59,291 bases of DNA, taken from an uncultured Anaerolineaceae bacterium (GTDB lineage Bacteria; Chloroflexota; Anaerolineae; 4572-78). The stretch is taken from assembly GCA_964413895.1 (NCBI GenBank), contig CAYPUV010000001.1, positions 1-59,291 on the forward strand, written 5' to 3'. Position 1 is the stretch's first letter. The number at the start of each line of letters is the position of its first letter. This document shows, in pieces, positions 29,820 through 39,190 of the stretch. The notes under the pieces were generated by a model that was not told the origin of the DNA, ran no database searches, and saw only the letters and a list, made by a program, of their open reading frames with translations. The translations under genes and the position numbers were made by a program.

Positions 29820-31031
29820 ATGCTGGCCATACTTAGAAGTTTGTTGCAATACATTTTCCGTACCCTTGCCAGTTCAATTGGGTTGGTTGTTTTTCTGCTG
29901 CTGATTGGGTATTTGGTTGCTCGACTGTACGGCATTGATCTTGACCCCTATTTTTTGCAAGCCGGACGATGGCTCAGCGGAGGACGCCTGGTCGATTTTC
30001 AGCAGGTGTTTGTCCATTCGGTCAACCCGGAGATGCGGGTGTGCGAGGTGCAGCGCGTAGACACCGATAACGATGGCTTCAATGAGTGGCTGGTTTTTTA
30101 TCAATTTGATACAGCGAATCCCAAAGATTGGCGGAAGCCGTGCCCGGATAATTCTCCTCGCGCTGCTGTTATTTATGACAACGATCGAGGCAAGCCGGCC
30201 GTCTTGTTCCCCTATAAACTTCAGCCGCCAGACAGTGATTACCTGGGAGAATACGGTGTTTCATTTGACCAACAAGAAATCGTCCCGAATTTTGGCGCAA
30301 GTACCACCGATCCCATCAAAGAGTTATTATTTTACGGCAGCGGCGCAGCCCAGCGCCTGACAATTTTTAAATACCAATCAAATTCTGAACCCTGGGCCGC
30401 TCCCACCGATGTTACGCCGCGCTATCAATTGATTGGCGCTTTCAAGGGGACGGGAGGCGTACAGTACAACCCAAAAACAAGGCAAGTTACCGTGTTCGAT
30501 AGAGGGCCGTTTGAGCGCAGCCAATTGGCCATAAAAACTGTCTACCGTTTGCATGGCGAAGGTAACGAGCAAACCTATATGACGGAAATCGGCGCAACGG
30601 CGCTGGCTGCGCCCGTGCAATCTACCATCGATTTTGGCACAAATCCCCCGCTGGATATTCAGAACACTGCATTCCCGGAGAAAATCCTGCTGGCTTTTTA
30701 CGAAGCGTTAACCAATAGCCGGGACTGGCAGCCCCAAGATTTTGTTGCTGTTGGCAGCGCGGCGGAGATGCACTTAAAGGAGAAAGATCTGAAATATTTT
30801 GGTTTTGGGGAAGAAGGCTCTCCCTCTGCATTAGCGGTTACGGATTTGAAATACTACCCCTACGCTGAACAATCTATCAACAATCCCACCACCGGCAATG
30901 CGCCGTTTGTGGGCCAGGTAGCTATCAGCGCCTCCGCAACGCAAAACGGCAAGCGTGTTTCCACCGGACTCATCACCTTTCAACTGGTACAGGTTGAAGG
31001 CCAGTGGAAAGTCAACAAGAAACTCAACTGA
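29820..31031 (+). CDS. membrane-anchored hypothetical protein
   Basis: 403 aa. N-terminal TM helix LASSIGLVVFLLLIGYLVARL, a DTDNDGFNEW (DxDxDG-like) motif, and no other domain I recognise. Confidence 0.6.
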   Translation: MLAILRSLLQYIFRTLASSIGLVVFLLLIGYLVARLYGIDLDPYFLQAGRWLSGGRLVDFQQVFVHSVNPEMRVCEVQRVDTDNDGFNEWLVFYQFDTANPKDWRKPCPDNSPRAAVIYDNDRGKPAVLFPYKLQPPDSDYLGEYGVSFDQQEIVPNFGASTTDPIKELLFYGSGAAQRLTIFKYQSNSEPWAAPTDVTPRYQLIGAFKGTGGVQYNPKTRQVTVFDRGPFERSQLAIKTVYRLHGEGNEQTYMTEIGATALAAPVQSTIDFGTNPPLDIQNTAFPEKILLAFYEALTNSRDWQPQDFVAVGSAAEMHLKEKDLKYFGFGEEGSPSALAVTDLKYYPYAEQSINNPTTGNAPFVGQVAISASATQNGKRVSTGLITFQLVQVEGQWKVNKKLN

Positions 31032-31034
31032 ATT

Positions 31035-32411
31035 ATGGCTCCGGTGGATGTTGACCTACTTTTTCGTGACCCCGCCCACACCGCTTTCCTTGCTGCGGAA
31101 AGCAGTGAAAATTCCATTGCACAACTGCTGGTGGCTCTGGCAAACAACGGGGGCGGAACCATTGTCATTGGGCTCACCAAAACCGGCAAACCCCGTAAAT
31201 TTCCCCACCCCAGCGAAACCCGTGACCGCGTGATGCAGGCCGCGCTTCAGTGTGATCCGCCGCTGATCATTCCTGCTCCCGCATTACACCGGTACAACAA
31301 TCATCCCCTGCTTGTGATTTCTGTACCGCCCGATTTGCCCCACGTGTACAACATCGACGGACGATACCTTATTTGGGAGCAAGGACAGGCTGTGCCATTG
31401 CGGGGCAGCGCCCTGCGCGCACTTATTTTCGCTCGCGGCGAGGCTGGCTTTGACGGGATGATTGTATCCACGGCTACCCGCGACGATTTAAATTGGAATG
31501 CTGTGCTGGCTTACGTTGGCTCGGTAGAGGGATTACAGCACTTATCGCCGGAAGAGGCGTTGCTAAAGCGTGGTTGTCTGAAGATGGATGGCTCGGTACT
31601 GCGCCCAACCCACGCTGGTATTTTGCTGTTTGGCCGCGAGCCTCAAAAATGGCTTCCCCAGGCAGAAATAACTGTGGTCCGCTATCCGGGCTTGCAAATG
31701 ACCGACACCTTTTTACGGGCTGATATTCAGGGGACGTTGCCGGAACAGGCCCGCAAAGCCGAAACGTTTGTGCGCGAAAATATTGCGCAAGACGTAGCCA
31801 TCAATAGCTTGCAGCGCTCCGATGCCTATTTGTATCCCCTTGTCGCGGTACGCGAGGTAATTGTTAACGCATTGGCGCACCGTGATTACGGTATTCAGGG
31901 CGATAACATCCGCCTGCTGCTATTTGCCAATCGGCTGGAGTGTTACAGCCCTGGTCGCCTACCGGGGCACATCACAGTAGACAATATCTTGCAAGAACGC
32001 TTCAGCCGTAATGCCACCCTGGTGCAGGTGCTATTTGACATGGGTTTCATTGAACGGCTGGGTTATGGCATTGACCGTATTATCCGCAGCGTGGCCGAAC
32101 ACGGAATGCCCGCTCCCTCGATGGCAGAAACCCCGGCCGGGTTCAGAATTACACTCTTTACCCGCCAGCAAGCCACCGCAGCCCAGTCTCCGGCAGCGGT
32201 GCGGACATGGCTTGAAATGGGCCTGAACGAACGGCAAATTGCTGCCTTAGGCTTTCTGGCAGAGCACGGCCGCATTACCAATGCCGATTATCAGGCATTG
32301 TGCCCCTCGGTTAGTCCGGAAACCTTGCGCCGTGACCTGGCCGATTTGGTTCGGCGGGATATTCTGCTGCGCATTGGGGAAAAACGAGCCACTTTTTACA
32401 TTCTAAAGTAA
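31035..32411 (+). CDS. AlbA_2 (Schlafen-like) DNA-binding domain plus HATPase_c_4 plus C-terminal wHTH protein (putative ATP-binding regulator)
   Basis: 458 aa. AQLLVALANNGGGTIVIGL (AlbA_2-like), VREVIVNALAHRDY (HATPase_c_4 N-box-like), and a C-terminal LNERQIAALGFLAEHGRITNADYQAL...TLRRDLADLV wHTH. The start is 3 nt after the upstream stop. Confidence 0.65.
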   Translation: MAPVDVDLLFRDPAHTAFLAAESSENSIAQLLVALANNGGGTIVIGLTKTGKPRKFPHPSETRDRVMQAALQCDPPLIIPAPALHRYNNHPLLVISVPPDLPHVYNIDGRYLIWEQGQAVPLRGSALRALIFARGEAGFDGMIVSTATRDDLNWNAVLAYVGSVEGLQHLSPEEALLKRGCLKMDGSVLRPTHAGILLFGREPQKWLPQAEITVVRYPGLQMTDTFLRADIQGTLPEQARKAETFVRENIAQDVAINSLQRSDAYLYPLVAVREVIVNALAHRDYGIQGDNIRLLLFANRLECYSPGRLPGHITVDNILQERFSRNATLVQVLFDMGFIERLGYGIDRIIRSVAEHGMPAPSMAETPAGFRITLFTRQQATAAQSPAAVRTWLEMGLNERQIAALGFLAEHGRITNADYQALCPSVSPETLRRDLADLVRRDILLRIGEKRATFYILK

Positions 32412-32413
32412 AA

Positions 32414-32443
32414 TATCCCACAGTATCCCACAGTATCCCGCAC
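32414..32443 (+). repeat. three tandem 10-bp repeats TATCCCACAG (third copy TATCCCGCAC)
   Basis: Read directly. The copies are exactly head-to-tail. An inverted CTGTGG at 32456-32461 abuts a -10-like TAAAAT at 32462-32467, upstream of the kinase gene at 32524. Confidence 0.8.
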
Positions 32444-32523
32444 AATGTTGGAAAACTGTGGTAAAATGATAGGCGTAGAAGATTAATTCTCTTTGCCCAT
32501 CGCAACAGTGGGGTCTTCACGCC

Positions 32524-35112
32524 ATGCATATGGAAAAGTTTTTCCAGGAACAAAAAATTTTTTTTGCCTATCAAGAGCCATGCGAGTTGTTTGATGCCAT
32601 CCTGGCGTTTCTCCCGCAGTTAGGGGCAGATTTTGGATCAATACTGATTCAAACTGCCGCGAACACCATCTATTTTCGATCTAGCATCCCCGGACAAGAA
32701 GAAATGGTTGGGCCGGCCGGCCGGCGCTTTGCGGCGCGACTAATTGAAGAGGGGGTGGAAGGCGCAATAATGCGCCGTGGCACGTCGGAGATAATTGCAG
32801 ATGTACAACTAGACCCGCGCTGGTACCGGGCAGAGTACCTGATGGAGGTTTGCCGGAGTGCGGTGTTGCTCCCCATTTCATTATTTAAGGTGCAGGCCGA
32901 GGGAGTTCTTTTACTCGGCAGCAAACAGGTCGATGTTTTCTCCTCGGTCAATTTACCTTTTTTAGAGATTGTCACGGCTCAATTGGGTTTTGCCATTGAA
33001 AACACGCTGTTGTTCCGCAACCAGGTTGAACACCTGGCTCAGTTGAGCGTCATCAACGAAGTTAGTCGGGCTGCCACGTCCATTCTCAATGCAAATTTAA
33101 TGCTCACCACTATTACCCAGGCTATTCAACAAAGTTTTAGCATTAACAGCGTGGGTATTTATCATTTTTCAGCCCCGGAGAAAAAAATAATCCTTGACGC
33201 ATTTACCGGGGCAGATGGTCGTTCTCATGCACAGGTAGATGTATCACCTTCGGCAATCCCTTTAGTTACGTGGGTTTTACAACATGGCTCCACCGCAGTG
33301 GTCAACGACATTAAGCTAGACGATCGCTTCAGCGCGGAACAAAAGCTAGCGCACATAAAATCGCAACTGGTCATTCCAATAAAACTGGGGAGTAAAATCA
33401 TCGGCGCGTTGAGCCTGGAAAGCGCCGAACTTGATGCCTTTGACCCCGCATTGGTTTCGGCGCTGGGAATGTTAGGGGAACAGTTGGCCGTAGCCATTGA
33501 AAATGCTCGCCTCTATGACGAACTGAATGATACCGTTAACGAACTCCTCTCGCTGAATAGTATTACCCAATCGGTTACCGCTTCATTGGATATGCAGCAA
33601 ACATTAACCCTTATCAGCGAACATGTAACGGTTATGCTCAATGTTGCTGCCACATCTGTTGCACTGCGCGATGACGAAACAGACGAAGTATGGTTTGCTG
33701 CCGCCTCTGGTGCAGGGTCCAGTACCGTGCTGGGGAAACGCCTCCATCTGGGGCAGGGGATAATTGGCTGGGTCGCCAAACATGGCCGTTCGCTGATTGT
33801 GCAAGATGTGTGGCGCGACCCGCGCTTTTTCCGCGAGATGGACAAACACAGTGGCTTTAATACCAAATCCATTCTGTGCGTTCCCCTCCAAACCAAAGGG
33901 AGATTAATCGGAGCTATAGAAGCAATCAATAAGTTAGAGGGTCAATTTACCACCCAAGACCTGAACCGGTTGACCGATTTAACCGCGCCAGCCGCTTCGG
34001 CTATTGAAAACGCACAATTGTACCAGCAGCTTGCGCAGCGTATGACCCAGGTGGAAAATTTGCGCGCCTTCAATCAAAACATCATCGAAAATATCACCAC
34101 CGGTCTAATTGCACTGGATACCGAAAAAAAGATTACCGTATTCAATAAAGCAGCGGCTGCTTTGCTGGGCTTAAATGCAACTGACCTGCTTGGCAAACCT
34201 GTAGAAACAGGATTGTCACTGGTGCCACAATTGATTGCACCGTTGCTTGCACCCTTGGTCGCCCGCGAAACAAAAATTGCCCGCGACCTGGAATTGTCAC
34301 ACTGGGGCGGTGGTGTTGTGACCGTGACTGTCACTGCTGCGCCAATCTACAGTGCAGATAACCAACTTTCTGGGGTGGTGGGGCTGATTGAAGATATAAC
34401 CGAGTTGAAAACACTGGAAGCCGAACGCCGCCGATTGGATAGATTGGCCGCGTTGGGCGAAATGTCGGCTGTGGTGGCCCACGAGTTGCGCAACCCAATT
34501 GCAGGCATTGCTGCTGGCGTCAATTACCTCACCAGACACGTCGCCGCCGATAACACCATTGAGCAGGCCAGCCAGATGATTTTGAAAGAGGTGGATCGCG
34601 TACATCGTATTGTTGAAGATATTTTGCTGGTTGCCCGCCCCCTTAATTTACAGAAAACGCCGCAGGCCATTGAGAGCATAATTGATACAATCCGCCAACG
34701 ATTCGCCGCCAAATTGAAGGACGGGTCCATTCAGCCTTCTTTCCACATTGCCAAAGATCTGCCGCACCTATGGCTCGATCGAGCCAGAATAGAACAAGTT
34801 TTCAATAATCTGTTTGATAACGCGCTTCAGGCAATGCCAAATGGGGGGAGCATCGATGTTTCTGTGGCGCAATCGGTCGATCAATCGGAACTGGTGTGCT
34901 TGTTCCGCGATACAGGCCCGGGGATACCAACCGTTGAACGGCAAAAAATTTTTGATCCATTCTACACTACCAAAACACGTGGCACGGGGTTAGGTCTGGC
35001 ATTGTGTCGGCAAATCATCGAGGCGCACCACGGACACATTCGCCTTGTAAATTCAGAACGTGGCGGAACTACATTTGAAATAAGATTACCGCTTTTGCAG
35101 GAAAATCAATGA
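32524..35112 (+). CDS. cytoplasmic multi-GAF/PAS sensor histidine kinase
   Basis: 862 aa. H-box VVAHELRNPIAGI, N-box FDNALQAMPNGG, DTGPGI and GTGLGLALC. Several GAF-like modules end in AIENA/TLLF-type motifs. Confidence 0.9.
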   Translation: MHMEKFFQEQKIFFAYQEPCELFDAILAFLPQLGADFGSILIQTAANTIYFRSSIPGQEEMVGPAGRRFAARLIEEGVEGAIMRRGTSEIIADVQLDPRWYRAEYLMEVCRSAVLLPISLFKVQAEGVLLLGSKQVDVFSSVNLPFLEIVTAQLGFAIENTLLFRNQVEHLAQLSVINEVSRAATSILNANLMLTTITQAIQQSFSINSVGIYHFSAPEKKIILDAFTGADGRSHAQVDVSPSAIPLVTWVLQHGSTAVVNDIKLDDRFSAEQKLAHIKSQLVIPIKLGSKIIGALSLESAELDAFDPALVSALGMLGEQLAVAIENARLYDELNDTVNELLSLNSITQSVTASLDMQQTLTLISEHVTVMLNVAATSVALRDDETDEVWFAAASGAGSSTVLGKRLHLGQGIIGWVAKHGRSLIVQDVWRDPRFFREMDKHSGFNTKSILCVPLQTKGRLIGAIEAINKLEGQFTTQDLNRLTDLTAPAASAIENAQLYQQLAQRMTQVENLRAFNQNIIENITTGLIALDTEKKITVFNKAAAALLGLNATDLLGKPVETGLSLVPQLIAPLLAPLVARETKIARDLELSHWGGGVVTVTVTAAPIYSADNQLSGVVGLIEDITELKTLEAERRRLDRLAALGEMSAVVAHELRNPIAGIAAGVNYLTRHVAADNTIEQASQMILKEVDRVHRIVEDILLVARPLNLQKTPQAIESIIDTIRQRFAAKLKDGSIQPSFHIAKDLPHLWLDRARIEQVFNNLFDNALQAMPNGGSIDVSVAQSVDQSELVCLFRDTGPGIPTVERQKIFDPFYTTKTRGTGLGLALCRQIIEAHHGHIRLVNSERGGTTFEIRLPLLQENQ

Positions 35113-35810
35113 AGCCTCAAATACTGATTGTTGATGACGAAGACACAATTCGGTACTTTTTAAAGTTAGAGTTGCAGCAGCAGGGGTACGATGTGCTAGA
35201 CACTGCCACCGGAGAAGAAGCGTTGGCGCTGTTAAAAACGCGCCCCGTCCATGTGGCTCTGCTTGATTTACGCTTGCCAGGGATTGGTGGCTTGGACGTG
35301 ATGCGTTATATTCGTCAGTATTCACCGCAAACCAGCATTATCATTATTACGGCCTACGCCACTCTGGGTTCGGCAATTGATGCGCTAAAACACGGCGCAC
35401 ACGATTACATCATGAAACCGTTCGACACGGCTGAAGTGCTGGCTTCTGTGGCCGATGGCATTGCCCGTCAGGGAGCGGCGGCCGCTGTAACCATTCGGTC
35501 AGACCAGGCATTGCATGCCGGCCCATTGACGCTGGATTTTAAAAGTCGACAAGTTTTTTTGCACCAGGTTCCTCTCAATCTCACCCCCACCGAGTTTGAT
35601 TTGCTGGTCTGTTTTATGAAAGCGCCCAACACGGCGCTAGACGCGGTTACCCTATTGCACACTATTCGCGGCTACATACTATCTGAAGCCGAGGCCAGGA
35701 GCATTGTGCGCGTCCACATTCACCGGTTGCGGCACAAAATAGAAACAAACCCCGCTGACCCCACATTGCTCACCACCGTAAAAGGTGGACGGTATCGATT
35801 GACCGTTTAA
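35109..35810 (+). CDS. OmpR-family response regulator (REC plus winged-helix)
   Basis: 233 aa. ILIVDDED, VALLDLRLP and IMKPF, with a C-terminal LTPTEFDLL...VRVHIHRLRHKIE...GGRYRL trans_reg_C pattern. It overlaps the kinase gene by 4 nt (ATGA). Confidence 0.9.
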   Translation: MKPQILIVDDEDTIRYFLKLELQQQGYDVLDTATGEEALALLKTRPVHVALLDLRLPGIGGLDVMRYIRQYSPQTSIIIITAYATLGSAIDALKHGAHDYIMKPFDTAEVLASVADGIARQGAAAAVTIRSDQALHAGPLTLDFKSRQVFLHQVPLNLTPTEFDLLVCFMKAPNTALDAVTLLHTIRGYILSEAEARSIVRVHIHRLRHKIETNPADPTLLTTVKGGRYRLTV

Positions 35811-35926
35811 TCCACGCCATTAATATTTTTCATTTTTTTGCGCAACGAACAGCTTACCACACGGGCGGGCTTTCGCGTAGCGTAGGCGCTGACTGGAGAC
35901 TGCCAGCGGGCGTGCAGCCGTGAAAA

Positions 35927-35945
35927 CTGTAACGATTCTGTAACG
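35927..35945 (+). repeat. direct repeat CTGTAACG-N3-CTGTAACG (11-bp register)
   Basis: Copies at 35927-35934 and 35938-35945, with another CTGT at 35961. The repeat lies between the OmpR-type regulator gene and the receiver gene at 36034. Confidence 0.6.
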
Positions 35946-36033
35946 CCAAAATTAAACGTTCTGTGCTATAGTAAAATTATTAAAAAAGCGAAAAAATCGC
36001 TATAATCTGGCTGAGTGTAGAGAAGCGTGCTTT

Positions 36034-36396
36034 ATGCAAAAAACAATATTATACATCGAAGATAATGCGGATAACAGATTACTCATAAAACGGGTGTTAG
36101 AAGCGGAAGGATACCAAATGCTGGAAGCTTCGTGCGGAGAAGAGGGTGTTTCTCTGGCAACTCGTCTCAATCCCGATTTAATTTTGATAGATATCAATCT
36201 CCCCGACATTGACGGTTATGAAGTTACCCGGCAATTGCGCAAAAAATTAGCCCTGGCTGAAACCCCCATCTTGGCGATAACAGCTAATGTGATGCAAGGA
36301 GACCGCGAAAAAACGCTAAAAGCCGGGTGCAACAATTACATTGGCAAACCCATCGATGTTGATTTATTACCCAAACTCATTGCCCAATATCTATAA
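36034..36396 (+). CDS. single-domain response regulator
   Basis: 120 aa. ILYIEDNADN, DLILIDINLP, ILAITAN and YIGKPI. Confidence 0.9.
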   Translation: MQKTILYIEDNADNRLLIKRVLEAEGYQMLEASCGEEGVSLATRLNPDLILIDINLPDIDGYEVTRQLRKKLALAETPILAITANVMQGDREKTLKAGCNNYIGKPIDVDLLPKLIAQYL

Positions 36397-36410
36397 TATT
36401 CAGGTGTGTT

Positions 36411-36884
36411 ATGTCTCAGACAATATCAAACGCAATTGATCACAAACAAAAATTAGCGTCACTTCCGTCTATTGAGCCGAAAGATGCGCAGGTTTTGGTT
36501 GTAGAAGATAATTTGCAGAACCTTGTTCTGGTAGCGCGCCTGATGGCTTTTATTGGCGTAAAAAACTATGAATGGAAAGCTTCTGGGTGGCAGGTGCTGG
36601 AGTTTGCGCTCACGATGCCTCAACTTGATCTGGTCTTGATGGACATTCACCTGCCGCACGAAGATGGATTTGAAGCACTGCGCAACTTAAGAGCAGAACC
36701 GAGGTTTGCACACACGCGCATTGTTGCCGTTACCGCAGATGCCACTCCTGCCACAATGAGAAAAGCAAAACAGGCCGGCTTTGATGGCTTTTTGGGTAAA
36801 CCAATTGACCCGGATAAATTCCCCGCACAAATTAAGACAATTTTACAGGGTCAACAAGTATGGGATTTGGGTATTGTTACGTGA
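36411..36884 (+). CDS. single-domain response regulator with an N-terminal extension
   Basis: 157 aa. VLVVEDNLQN, DLVLMDIHLP, IVAVTAD and FLGKPI. Confidence 0.9.
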   Translation: MSQTISNAIDHKQKLASLPSIEPKDAQVLVVEDNLQNLVLVARLMAFIGVKNYEWKASGWQVLEFALTMPQLDLVLMDIHLPHEDGFEALRNLRAEPRFAHTRIVAVTADATPATMRKAKQAGFDGFLGKPIDPDKFPAQIKTILQGQQVWDLGIVT

Positions 36885-36921
36885 TTAATCTGTCTTCCCC
36901 CATTAGTTAAAGGACTAAGCT

Positions 36922-39180
36922 ATGGTTCAAGTTCAATTTGAACAAGAGCAATCCCTCAAAGCACAAGCCTTCGAGGTATTATCTGGCGTCGGCGCGGCAC
37001 AAACACCGCAAGAGCTTCTCGACGCGCTCAAGCAAGTCCCCCTTATAAAAAATGCTACTCATACGCTGATTATCCTTTTTGAGGGAACTTCTGCTGCGGC
37101 CCAATCGGCGGCGGTTGTTGCAGCATTAAATAATCAATCTGCCGACCAGTCATGGGTGGGGTACACATACAACCCAAGTGTCGCTCCGTGGCTCTGGCAC
37201 GCTGAAACAAACACGCCTTTTTTGGTCGATAATGTGCAAACTGACTCCCGCTTGCAGGAGACGGCAGCCGAACCGTGGCTCGAGCCGGCGATGCAATCTA
37301 TTGTTGCCGCCGCATTGGTTGCTTCTGAGGAGCATTTGGGGTGGCTGGTGCTTACGCATACAATGCCAGAAGCCTTTTCTACCGCCAACGCCTATTTTTT
37401 GCAATTGCTGGCTCCCTATTTAGCCGCCGCTTTGCAGCAGCAAACTTACGTGCAGCAGGCACAAAAAAGCCTGGCCAATGTAAAAAAGATGTTCAATATA
37501 GCCCAAAAGCTGGGTGGGGTAGTAGAAGCGGCGGAAGTTTACCAGATCATGGCGCAAGCTTTTGTGTCTGCCGGAGCGAATACATGTATCCTGGCCACCT
37601 ATCTTGATGTTGACAGTGCTGCCTTGCCCCAACACGGCAAAATTGTTGCCGTAACTCAAAAAACGGACGCCTCCCGCCAAAATAACGCCCAAGCGCTGGA
37701 GGGAACCACGCAAACCCTGGCCGATTTTCCGCTGCTTTCAGTGGCCCTCACCTCTGGCGAGCCGGAAACCTTTATTAATATCGCTGCTACGCCCAACCTG
37801 AGTGCCGCCGAACGTGACTACTTTCACCAATTGGGAATCCAGGCTGCATTAATAGTGCCCCTGGTAGAGCGGATAAATGGCAAACCGGTAGGATACCTTA
37901 CCCTTGAATATCCTCATCAACAGCCACCTTCCCCAGACGAATTAACGTTTATTCGAGACCTGGCCCAGCAAACCGTGCGCACCATTGCTCATGCCCAGCA
38001 AATAGCCAACACCCGGCGGCGGGCCAGACAACTACAAACCGGCGCTGAAATTTCTAAAATTACCAGCCGTATTCTTGACGAGGAACAACTAATTGCCAGG
38101 GCCGTAACGCTGATTAAAGAGGGGTTTGACCTATATTACGTGGGATTATTTCTGGTTGACGACACAAACGAATGGGCGGTTTTACGCGCGGGCACGGGCG
38201 CAGAGGGCAAAGAGCAAATCCAGGCCAATCACCGATTATCCATTGCTGGGGAAGATTCAATGATTGGGTGGGCCATCGCGCGCAGGCAAGCACGTATTGC
38301 CCTGGATGTGGGACAAGACGCAGTGCGCTTTGACAACCCGTATTTGCCCCACACCCGTTCAGAAATGGCACTCCCTTTGGTTAGTCGAGAACAAGTTATT
38401 GGTGCAATCACCATTCAAAGCACCCAAAGGGCCGCTTTTTCCGAAGACGACAGTGCATCTTTGCAAATTATGGCCGACCAACTGGCCAACGCCATTCTCA
38501 ATTCACGGTTGTACCATAACATCCAGCAATCTACCGCAGAACTGAACACCCTGCTAGAAATCAATAGAGATATTTCCGCCAGCACTAATTTACAAGATTT
38601 ACTAGACCTGATTATTACCAAGGCCACGACAATAGTAAATGGCGATCAAGGCACCATTTTCCTGTTGCAGGGGGATACACTGATCCCAAAATCTGTAGTG
38701 GGGGGGTACACGGAAGAAATGCTGGCCGTTCGCCCCCGGGTAGGCGACGGCGTTTCTGGGACCGCGGCCCAAACTCGTCAGGCAGTATCGCACCTGTTTG
38801 CCGCGCCAGACCAGGGGGTACAGGTTCCTGGCACACCCGCAGTGCCAGAGGCCGTTGTTGCTGTGCCTATTCAAAACGATAAAGAAGTTATTGGTGTGTT
38901 GCTCATTCGTAGAATTAATATTGTTCGCCCTTTCTCCACAACTGAAATAAAATTATTGGAAGGGATGGCGGTTCAGGCAGCAATTGCCTGGCGAAACTTG
39001 CATCTACTTGCATCCGTTGAGCAAAGCTATCATCGCGAGCAAATAATCCGTCAGCTAACCGCAAAAATACATGCTGCATCTAGCGTGGAGAATATTTTGC
39101 AAACAACCGTAACCGAACTATCGAAAGCCCTCAATGCCCCCGGTGGGGTTATCCGTTTGGCTCCTAAAAAACCAGAATGA
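36922..39180 (+). CDS. multi-GAF protein without a recognisable output domain
   Basis: 752 aa. At least three GAF-like modules, for example LYYVGLFLVDDTNEWAVLRAGTG...TRSEMALPLVSREQVIGAITIQS. No H-box or ATPase motifs. Confidence 0.75.
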   Translation: MVQVQFEQEQSLKAQAFEVLSGVGAAQTPQELLDALKQVPLIKNATHTLIILFEGTSAAAQSAAVVAALNNQSADQSWVGYTYNPSVAPWLWHAETNTPFLVDNVQTDSRLQETAAEPWLEPAMQSIVAAALVASEEHLGWLVLTHTMPEAFSTANAYFLQLLAPYLAAALQQQTYVQQAQKSLANVKKMFNIAQKLGGVVEAAEVYQIMAQAFVSAGANTCILATYLDVDSAALPQHGKIVAVTQKTDASRQNNAQALEGTTQTLADFPLLSVALTSGEPETFINIAATPNLSAAERDYFHQLGIQAALIVPLVERINGKPVGYLTLEYPHQQPPSPDELTFIRDLAQQTVRTIAHAQQIANTRRRARQLQTGAEISKITSRILDEEQLIARAVTLIKEGFDLYYVGLFLVDDTNEWAVLRAGTGAEGKEQIQANHRLSIAGEDSMIGWAIARRQARIALDVGQDAVRFDNPYLPHTRSEMALPLVSREQVIGAITIQSTQRAAFSEDDSASLQIMADQLANAILNSRLYHNIQQSTAELNTLLEINRDISASTNLQDLLDLIITKATTIVNGDQGTIFLLQGDTLIPKSVVGGYTEEMLAVRPRVGDGVSGTAAQTRQAVSHLFAAPDQGVQVPGTPAVPEAVVAVPIQNDKEVIGVLLIRRINIVRPFSTTEIKLLEGMAVQAAIAWRNLHLLASVEQSYHREQIIRQLTAKIHAASSVENILQTTVTELSKALNAPGGVIRLAPKKPE

Positions 39181-39190
39181 GAACAAGCAA

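Noticed and set aside
32414-32443. The TATCCCACAG tandem repeats as a mini-CRISPR or as DnaA boxes.
   Set aside because: With 10-bp units and no spacers, this is not CRISPR. TATCCCACA differs from TTATCCACA at three positions in the best register. The location between co-directional genes fits a regulator site better.
39134-39190. An upstream start for the giant hybrid kinase, overlapping the end of the GAF-only gene by 47 nt.
   Set aside because: The ATG at 39191 avoids the overlap and precedes the first TM helix at a normal distance. This remains uncertain without ribosome profiling or N-terminal data.
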